A stretch of 64,000 nucleotides of DNA, taken from positions 2,112,001-2,176,000 of the forward strand of contig CBDDIJ010000003.1 in assembly GCA_965228855.1 (NCBI GenBank), written 5' to 3'. Under the pieces are notes generated by a model. That model did no database searches, was not told where the DNA came from, and saw only the letters and a program-made list of their open reading frames with translations. Within the stretch, counting starts at the first letter, position 1; each line of letters starts with the position of its first letter. The position numbers were made by a program, and so were the translations under genes. Below are positions 56,903-64,000 of the stretch, piece after piece. The DNA is from Candidatus Obscuribacterales bacterium (lineage in GTDB: Bacteria > Cyanobacteriota > Vampirovibrionia > Obscuribacterales > Obscuribacteraceae).

Positions 56903-59527
56903 ATGGGGTTTCTCATAAATATAGATAAGGGATTAACCAACCTGATCAGAGGGGCACATTTTCCTAAGAGCATAGGTTGGCATGAAGAGAACCACTTGAG
57001 TTCAAGCACTCCGAGCGAGAAACCCAAAAGGTCAGTTGAGGATAAGCGTGCCGCAGGATTTTTCCTGTCGGTATTCGATCGCTCGACTACCAGGATCGCG
57101 CTACTTCTCATCCCTTCTCTGGTTATTTCACTTCTGCTCGCTCAAGCTTTCAATCCCGTCTTGATTCCGCTGACGGCAGAGCCACTAGCCAGGCAAATCG
57201 CCCAGGAAATCGAACCAGGCGCCATCAGCGAATTCGAGATCATGCAAGTGATCCGTCGATACAACCTGGCCTGGTGTTATCTCTCAGACAGAGACAATCT
57301 CAAAGCAGTCGGCGTCACCGCGACTTTCGCGCCCAAGACACGAAGAGGAATTCCGTCGACATCAAAAGAGATCGAAATTCGAGACGAGCGTTATTACGAG
57401 GCCGTCGTGCCCTTCCAAAACAACATGAATCTGCACGTCGGTCTCCCATTGAATCGGCATCTGCCAAAACTCACTGGCTCCGACGCACTTACTTCGATAC
57501 TCTACACGCCGATTCATCTTGGAGCCGTGCTGTGCGTTCTAGGTCTGGTCTGGCTCACCATGCTTATCTTGCTTGAATCAATCATTGGAATCTCAGTTCG
57601 AATACTGGGCGGAACGATAGACAACCTCACGGCTCTGGTCGCAGACCCTTTCACGAAACAACAGATCGCGGACATAACAAAATTGAGCTGGTGCCCGTCC
57701 GATTTCAGAGCGGTAGGTAGAAGCCTGGATCTGCTTATGAACCGGGTTTCGGAATACAAAGACCAGCTACGCGAACGCTCCACCGAAGAAGGGTTAGATA
57801 CGCTGAAATGGAAAGGGCAAAAACGCCCGATGTTTCAAGTCACCGAGTCTCGCGAGAAGCAACAAAGTTCCGCAGATTACGCAGTCGAAAGCGGCGTGTT
57901 TGCCGTGAAATTTGACAAAGAGCTCCGGTCCGCTGAATCGTCCTACGAATTTGCCGTCAAAGTGCTCGACGGAATCCACGACCTCTACACTGACACAATC
58001 GATGCAGCCGCGTTTATCAAAGTGGAGAAGAACCAGCAGATCACAGTCGAATCCTGTCTGCAACTCGATGATGACTCACTTGCGCTGCTCGAGAAAATCG
58101 ATCATCGCGAATTCATCGACGAACGCAATATGTCAAAACGCAGTATCGATGTCGGTCCCATGCTGATCAAGAAATTCGGATTCGAAGCAATCGCCACCAA
58201 AGATTCCTTCGGCAGAATTCTGTACTTCCCTTTCTGTTATGAAGGAAAACCGCTCGCGCTTCTCGCAGGTTTCATCAAGCAGGGACACAACCCCAACCCG
58301 GAGCGCATCAAAGCGCTGGAAAGGTTTCGAGACAAGGCGCTGGATCTGTATCACGAACACAGATTGCGCGAAGAACGCGACGACGATCGATGGACGGATC
58401 CAGCGACCGGAATGGGCAATAAAACTTACTTTCAAGAGCTCATGCCCAAGGTCGTTGAGCGCATGAAAGCGAAGGGATCACCGGGTCATTTCTCAATTTT
58501 GATGATCCAGCCGGACTTCACGACTCCGCGCTTAGCCCGTTTCCCAGCCGAGATGCACGATCGGTGGTTCGTAGAAATCGGCAAACTCATTAACGGCGTT
58601 CTTCCGATAAGCAAAAAAACAATTCCCGAAAAAGGCGCTACAAATTACATGATTCGCTATCAAGAACACGTAATGGCAGTCGTTCTCGAAGGAATTAAAG
58701 GAAAGGACGCGGTCAACGTCGCCGAAGGAATCAGAAACTCGGTGATAAGCAAATCCCAGTGGTCTGGCGGAGCCACAGACCTTTCGTTGTCTGTCGGCGT
58801 AGCGACCTTTCCCAGAGACAGCGAGAGCGCCGAAGAAATAATCGCCAAAGCAGCAACCACTCTTGCATACGTGAAGGAAAAACTTGGAGGCAACGCCGTC
58901 TGCGATTCGCAGAAAGTTCCCGAAGACTTCAAGCCCCGCGAGGCAACCGAGATCCAGGGCACTCTGGGCGTACTGGATAATGTTGGATTGCTCCAGTCAA
59001 TTTCATCAAGTGAAAAGAGCGGCGTGCTGATAGTGGTAAACGACATCGGTCAGAAGTTCGTTATCAGCTGGCATGAAGGTGCACCGGTCAACGCATCGCT
59101 AGGCGATCTAATCAGCCTCGATGCGGTTATAGAATTTATCACAACGTTTAAGAACGGCAGCTACAACTTCCAAACACGCAGTATCGCCCCTGGTGACAAT
59201 CAATCGACCGATCTACGCTCACTCGAGCGTTGCCTCATGGAAGCGGCGCTTTATGAGGACAAAATGATCGCGGCATTACGAGCGATACCATCTCCGGACC
59301 GCCTTGTTCGTAGCGTAGATAACCCGGTTGGTTGGCAAAAGGTCTCACAAGACCCGGACATCGTACCGGAAGAAGTGAGCGCCATGCGAGAGCTCTTCGG
59401 CATGGCCGACGGGACCAAAACTCTCTCAGCCATCTTCAACAAACTTACTCGCCAATGCACGGCAATGCGATGGCGCGCGGCAGCACTTTTGCTGCAGTAC
59501 GAACTTCTTCAAATGAAAATTGACTAG
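56903..59527 (+). CDS. Membrane sensor: 2 TM - GAF-like - degenerate GGDEF - DUF4388-like (start possibly TTG 56996)
   Basis: 'DPATGMGNKTYF', 'SLSVGVATFP' but 'RYQEHVM' in place of RxGGDEF. C-terminal 'GTLG....GLLQSI....KSGVL...G....A'. Confidence 0.75.
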   Translation: MGFLINIDKGLTNLIRGAHFPKSIGWHEENHLSSSTPSEKPKRSVEDKRAAGFFLSVFDRSTTRIALLLIPSLVISLLLAQAFNPVLIPLTAEPLARQIAQEIEPGAISEFEIMQVIRRYNLAWCYLSDRDNLKAVGVTATFAPKTRRGIPSTSKEIEIRDERYYEAVVPFQNNMNLHVGLPLNRHLPKLTGSDALTSILYTPIHLGAVLCVLGLVWLTMLILLESIIGISVRILGGTIDNLTALVADPFTKQQIADITKLSWCPSDFRAVGRSLDLLMNRVSEYKDQLRERSTEEGLDTLKWKGQKRPMFQVTESREKQQSSADYAVESGVFAVKFDKELRSAESSYEFAVKVLDGIHDLYTDTIDAAAFIKVEKNQQITVESCLQLDDDSLALLEKIDHREFIDERNMSKRSIDVGPMLIKKFGFEAIATKDSFGRILYFPFCYEGKPLALLAGFIKQGHNPNPERIKALERFRDKALDLYHEHRLREERDDDRWTDPATGMGNKTYFQELMPKVVERMKAKGSPGHFSILMIQPDFTTPRLARFPAEMHDRWFVEIGKLINGVLPISKKTIPEKGATNYMIRYQEHVMAVVLEGIKGKDAVNVAEGIRNSVISKSQWSGGATDLSLSVGVATFPRDSESAEEIIAKAATTLAYVKEKLGGNAVCDSQKVPEDFKPREATEIQGTLGVLDNVGLLQSISSSEKSGVLIVVNDIGQKFVISWHEGAPVNASLGDLISLDAVIEFITTFKNGSYNFQTRSIAPGDNQSTDLRSLERCLMEAALYEDKMIAALRAIPSPDRLVRSVDNPVGWQKVSQDPDIVPEEVSAMRELFGMADGTKTLSAIFNKLTRQCTAMRWRAAALLLQYELLQMKID

Positions 59528-59558
59528 CGAAGCAAGCATCTCCGCAAGCCTCTAAAAT

Positions 59559-62500
59559 CTACCGTTTCCGACGCACCGCACTGGATGCGGTGTCACCTTT
59601 AAACTCGTCCTTACGGCGCACCGCGCTCTTCGCGGTTGCCTGCGCCTCTATATCGGTCATCTTCACAGACTTCGACACTTTGCAAACTTGCTCGGCGTGG
59701 TATTTCAAATGCTCCATCTCGCTGAGTTGTTTTCCGAAGTAGACAGCCGAGTAGAATTTCAGGAAGCTGGACAACGCATCAGGAAGCGCTTCGGGCGCCA
59801 CCTTCCCAGCGGACTTGCGCTCGTCTATTACACCCTGAACTCGCGCCAGAAATTCCGTCGGCGTCTCCGCAGGCTCGCGCGTCAGCTTCATCGACTTCTT
59901 GATCGCTTTGCTTACTTTCTTATAGTGCTTCCACTCAGGTCCACGCCCAGAATTGGCTTTACGCCACTTTCTATACAAGGTCAGTAAAACTCTGAAGGCT
60001 ATAAAACCGACAACAAGCGCTATCAAAGCCGCGACACAGAAAGTGACCACCTCGCCCCACTTGACGATAAACTGTGACTTCTCCAGACCAAGCTGTTTCT
60101 GCACTTCTTGTTGCGTGTACTGAGCCTCGCGCTTCTGCGCAGGCAAGACACCGCCTGGATGGGCGTCGAAAGGTACCCAGCCGAACTGCGGTACAAAGAC
60201 TTCGGCCCAGACGAGCTGGTGCTTCATTCTAACTTCCTGCTCGCCTGTAACACCGTTGTGTTCACCCGGAGCAAAACCGCTCACAAGTCTCGACGGGATG
60301 CCAACGCAACGCGTCAGTACGACGAAGGTGGAAGCGAAATCGTTACTGTTGCCGACGCCTCGGTTGAATAAGAAATCATCGACCAGGTCCTTGGCTTGGC
60401 TGTCTACCACTCGATTGCCATCATATTCGAAATTGTCGCGCAGATAATTGCAAATCTGATCAGCCTGGACAAACCAGTTGTAGCGCGGGTCAGAGTTGGT
60501 TTCCGCGACCTTGAAAAGCTCATCGGAAGTGCTCTCCGGCAGCTGCAAATACTGAGAGAATCGCTCTCTAATCGCATCGTCCTCGGCCGCGGATAAAGGC
60601 ATTTCCTGCCTCATTGCGTCGATAGGATAGATAGGTAGCTCGGTTTTGACCTTGATTTCAGCGTTTCGATTGATAGCTTTGGGAGAGGTCATGACCCCAT
60701 ATGGATCGACATCCACCTTCTTTTGATCTTGACCAAGTTTCAATTCCTGGGGTATCCAGCCACCCGGAATCACATGCCCAATCGACTTTGCCTTGACCTT
60801 GATCTCCTGAACCAGCTCCACCGTCGGCAGAGCAGATTCCGGTTTTAACGCATCAGCCATGCCGACCTTGAAGATCGGTCGCTCAGTGGATTCGAAGACA
60901 AACGGACGAGCAAACTTAGATTCCTTCAGCTGTTCTTGCTTTTCCTCCGAGCTCTCCTCGGTTGCGGCAGCCTTCTGCGGCTCGACCTTCTGAGGCGACT
61001 CAGACCTGAGAACCTTGGGTTCCACGGCATTTGTCGGCGTAGCATTAGTGTTACCAAACACAGATGGCTGGCTGCCTTTCACAATCCCTGTCTCAGTCGT
61101 GTTACCAAATACGGAAGGTTGACTTCCTCGCACGATTCCCTGTGGCTGCTGATATCGCTGCACCGGCTTCACCACAGGCTTTGGCTGGACCTTCTTCTCT
61201 TCTTTTTTGACGACACCATCAACCACGCGAATCTTGTCGACAGGTGCAGCCTTCTTCTTAGGAGGGGTGCGCTTCCACATCGTTCCTGTATAGAAATCGA
61301 AGCACTGGCGCCGCAAATAGACAAGACGCCGGGACTTTACAGTGAAAACCATCCGTTCATCGAGCTTTTCCTTATCAGCAACGCGAAGGATGTTGTCACT
61401 ACCGATGGTGACATCACTTTCTCCACCGCTCTTGCCATCTTTTCCGTCTTTGCCGTCTTCAGCGGGTCCTTTGTTGCCACCCGTTCCGTCCTTACCTTCT
61501 TCGCCTTCTCCGCCGCCTTTCTTACCTTTTTTATTCTTCTTGGTTTTGGCTTTTTTCTCGCCACCACCTTCGGTGCCCTTTCCATCTTTTCCGTCGGTGC
61601 CGGCAGTACCATCTTTGCCATCAGGATTTACCGGAGTCGGTGGCTCGTCCTTCTGTTTATCTTTGCCTTCAATCTGTGCCTTAGCGGCTTCGGATGCGAC
61701 AAACGCCTTTGTTTTCGCCTGGCGCTCGGGCGGCTTATCTTTCTTCGGTGGCTCTGTTTTCTTCTTTTTATCATCAGGCGCTACGACCGGATCCGAGTCG
61801 GCTTCCGCTTTGTGAGCGTTATCGTCTCCATCCTTTGTCAGCTTCGGCTTGTTTTTGGTTGGCGTCGGAGTAGACTCGGCCTTGTCCCGGGCCTTCGCAT
61901 CCATTGCCTCTTGCCGCTTTTGAGCCATCTGCTCTTGAACGTCTTTCTCGGCTTTCTCGCGCTCTTTCTTTAGCTCTTCCTCTTTCTTCGCCTTGGCACG
62001 CGCTTCTTCGGCGGCCTTCTTCAGCTTCTCCTTCTGCTCTTCCGGAGTTAGCTTCGAGGCGTACTTACCGACCATTGGCAGCTGTTTATTCTCGTGCTTG
62101 TTAAACCAGTCGCGACCAGCATGCGCATCCTTTGGTCCTGGCTGCGGCGGCGGAGGCATTGCAGCTTTGTAGAACATATCAGTAAGGTATTCGAGCTTCA
62201 TCGTCTTACTGTACGCCCAGACTTTGTCTAAAAACTCATCAGCTCTAGGAACATAGATAAACATAGCCAGCGCGATCAGCGGCACCACCGTCAACAACGC
62301 GATGGTGTTGCCTCTAGGTACGCGTCTGGCCCGTTTCTGGTTCAAAAACAACGGAACTTCCGGCGCGTTGGTGATCCTTCTAGCTAGCCATTCTGTGAGC
62401 GTTCGGGAGACGCAATCGAAATACATCATCAGTGCGCCGAGCAGCAAATAGGCGAACACGCAACAACCATAAGGCAATCCTTTTGCCACTGGTGCCGAAA

Positions 62501-62903
62501 GGCAAATTAACAATAGACCCAGTCCGGTAGCCGTATGCAAGTCGGTTCGAGTTCTCATCGAAAAAGTTACGAACGCAAAAATTCCACACAAGAAGTGGAC
62601 AAAAGGAGAGACGTAATCGAATTCATCTCGAAGCGGTCCGGTGAACTCGTACATCGTGTTGACACCGACCAGAAGAATACCTACCCACCAGATATATTTG
62701 AGCCAGCGGGGGTCTTGCTCACGAAATTTATAGCTGAGGAAACTGCCGGCGACGATTAGCACCAGATAAATCGCCGCCATCCACCAGGCCGTTCGCACGA
62801 ATAAACTGCTTGCCACCGTGCATAATACCGCCATGGCAAACACGACAGCACGCAACGGAATCGAATCCTCGGGAACCTCATGAACTGACTGGTTTTCGCT
62901 CAT
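59559..62903 (-). CDS. TgpA-like membrane protein with transglutaminase-like domain (catalytic Cys/His substituted) and large charged insertion
   Basis: N-terminal TMs. 'FLFNRGVGNSNDFAS..V.L.R.VGIPSRLVSGF..GE', 'WAEV', 'GWVPFD'. Confidence 0.85.
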   Translation of the reverse strand: MSENQSVHEVPEDSIPLRAVVFAMAVLCTVASSLFVRTAWWMAAIYLVLIVAGSFLSYKFREQDPRWLKYIWWVGILLVGVNTMYEFTGPLRDEFDYVSPFVHFLCGIFAFVTFSMRTRTDLHTATGLGLLLICLSAPVAKGLPYGCCVFAYLLLGALMMYFDCVSRTLTEWLARRITNAPEVPLFLNQKRARRVPRGNTIALLTVVPLIALAMFIYVPRADEFLDKVWAYSKTMKLEYLTDMFYKAAMPPPPQPGPKDAHAGRDWFNKHENKQLPMVGKYASKLTPEEQKEKLKKAAEEARAKAKKEEELKKEREKAEKDVQEQMAQKRQEAMDAKARDKAESTPTPTKNKPKLTKDGDDNAHKAEADSDPVVAPDDKKKKTEPPKKDKPPERQAKTKAFVASEAAKAQIEGKDKQKDEPPTPVNPDGKDGTAGTDGKDGKGTEGGGEKKAKTKKNKKGKKGGGEGEEGKDGTGGNKGPAEDGKDGKDGKSGGESDVTIGSDNILRVADKEKLDERMVFTVKSRRLVYLRRQCFDFYTGTMWKRTPPKKKAAPVDKIRVVDGVVKKEEKKVQPKPVVKPVQRYQQPQGIVRGSQPSVFGNTTETGIVKGSQPSVFGNTNATPTNAVEPKVLRSESPQKVEPQKAAATEESSEEKQEQLKESKFARPFVFESTERPIFKVGMADALKPESALPTVELVQEIKVKAKSIGHVIPGGWIPQELKLGQDQKKVDVDPYGVMTSPKAINRNAEIKVKTELPIYPIDAMRQEMPLSAAEDDAIRERFSQYLQLPESTSDELFKVAETNSDPRYNWFVQADQICNYLRDNFEYDGNRVVDSQAKDLVDDFLFNRGVGNSNDFASTFVVLTRCVGIPSRLVSGFAPGEHNGVTGEQEVRMKHQLVWAEVFVPQFGWVPFDAHPGGVLPAQKREAQYTQQEVQKQLGLEKSQFIVKWGEVVTFCVAALIALVVGFIAFRVLLTLYRKWRKANSGRGPEWKHYKKVSKAIKKSMKLTREPAETPTEFLARVQGVIDERKSAGKVAPEALPDALSSFLKFYSAVYFGKQLSEMEHLKYHAEQVCKVSKSVKMTDIEAQATAKSAVRRKDEFKGDTASSAVRRKR

Positions 62904-64000
62904 AGCGCCTCCAGATCCTTCTCCCATTCGATGCGTCCGACGACTTCGCCCTGCGTCGGTCCCATCGCGCGTTTCACATCTTCCTGCGAACGCGTCTTTG
63001 TTTTTCTCAGGGATGCCATAGAGAATCCTTCTTTGCCTTGCGAAGCATAAGCGTCTTCGTCAAAGTCCCAACCGAATGGTACCACTATCAATTCTAGCGG
63101 ACTGCAGATCACATCTCCCTTTTCAGGGTGATACTTCATCACCTGTTCGGCTGACGGAATAAGAGTTACGACGTCTTTCTCTACGACACTGAAATCGAGA
63201 AGTGCGTCGGCATCGTCATCAGTTGAGGTTCGAAAATTACCGGAAACCAGCTCTACGCGCGCTAGAATCTCAGAATACAACTGCAGACCGGGGTTGATGT
63301 TTTCCGGCAAATCACTCATCAAGGCTTGCATTTCCTTCGACTGAATCGGCGGATTGATTAAAAGCTCAGGGAGCTGCCCTCGGTTGTATCCAAGGTGGCA
63401 AAGCGAAATGGCAGTGGACACAGCCAGCTCGAATTGTTCGGCATTCTTGTACGGCAATCGCAAGTTCAACAATAAATCGAAGACCGGAATGGTTTCCTGG
63501 TCAAACTCGCGCACAAGCATTTTGCCAAGTCGTGCCGTCGAAGGCCAGTGCACATGTCGCAAACTATCGCCGCTCTTGTACTCTCGAACACTGCGAAAAC
63601 TGGTGGATTGGTGCGTGATTTTACTGCTATGAGAAGCCATCCCCATGAGAGAACTGACTCCGCGCAGGTGCTCCATAAAGTTACCGGATATCGGATAAAG
63701 TCGCGGATATACGGTGATTGAGATGTCCTTTTTGTTGTCCTGTACCTTCATGGTGCGCGACCACCAGACGATTCCGAGCGGAAAGCAGGTGCTGATTTCA
63801 ACACCTTTCAATAAATAAACACCGCGTTTGAGAAGCGGTGTCGGAAATTCAAACCATTTTTCGTCGTCCAGCGACTCGATCAAAACGGGCTCAGGCGGAA
63901 GAATTTTTTCGAAAGTGCGGCCGTCTTTACCACGCCGCGCTACGTCTACGTTTAACCGAAGCCATTTGGCAGGAATCAACCACGAAAACGGTCCGAGAAT
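62900..64000 (-). CDS. DUF58 protein (MoxR-associated), 5'-truncated by window edge
   Basis: 'RGVY', 'FPLG', 'VYP', 'F.SVREY..GD.LR.VHW.STAR...VREF', 'FELAVS.A.S'. Confidence 0.92.
   Translation of the reverse strand: MLGPFSWLIPAKWLRLNVDVARRGKDGRTFEKILPPEPVLIESLDDEKWFEFPTPLLKRGVYLLKGVEISTCFPLGIVWWSRTMKVQDNKKDISITVYPRLYPISGNFMEHLRGVSSLMGMASHSSKITHQSTSFRSVREYKSGDSLRHVHWPSTARLGKMLVREFDQETIPVFDLLLNLRLPYKNAEQFELAVSTAISLCHLGYNRGQLPELLINPPIQSKEMQALMSDLPENINPGLQLYSEILARVELVSGNFRTSTDDDADALLDFSVVEKDVVTLIPSAEQVMKYHPEKGDVICSPLELIVVPFGWDFDEDAYASQGKEGFSMASLRKTKTRSQEDVKRAMGPTQGEVVGRIEWEKDLEAL

Noticed and set aside
60936..61973. 345-aa plus-strand ORF (and similar antisense ORFs such as 42782-43474 and 26119-26679)
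   Set aside because: Antisense shadows of well-supported genes, with no motifs of their own.

Overview
A roughly 50% GC bacterial chromosomal segment with about 50 CDS. I found no rRNA, tRNA, CRISPR array, transposase or prophage. The cyanobacterial-type SecG, the absence of photosynthesis genes in the window, the Ser/Thr kinase-LRR-TPR protein and the multi-MshEN protein suggest a non-photosynthetic relative of cyanobacteria (Vampirovibrionia/Melainabacteria, Obscuribacterales-like); this placement is inference. Content includes: TolC, EEP, two acyl-CoA synthetases, an MFS transporter, cutA, a GT2/AsnB/ArnT envelope-modification cluster, sixA, ruvX, a PAS histidine kinase, secG-menG-lpxB-msbA, GH130, a PARP-type zinc-finger protein, ybaK, a diguanylate cyclase, a carboxyltransferase, thiN, skp, bcp, and a DUF58-transglutaminase-like operon end. 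The best signal is a split SOS mutagenesis cassette, with imuA-imuB about 8 kb from dnaE2. Both promoters share the same architecture, TTGACG-17bp-TAnnnT, with the palindrome CATAC-N4-GTATG at the same position in the spacer. This is a candidate lineage-specific LexA/SOS box. Other observations: a 171-bp tandem repeat with MITE-like inverted ends, an orphan RHH antitoxin with a perfect 18-bp operator, three tandem paralogous small membrane proteins, leaderless LysM and NlpC/P60-like proteins, a Tat oxidoreductase-PDZ-CAP fusion, an NDT-like fusion and a catalytically dead transglutaminase. All family calls are by motif recognition only; no database searches were run.
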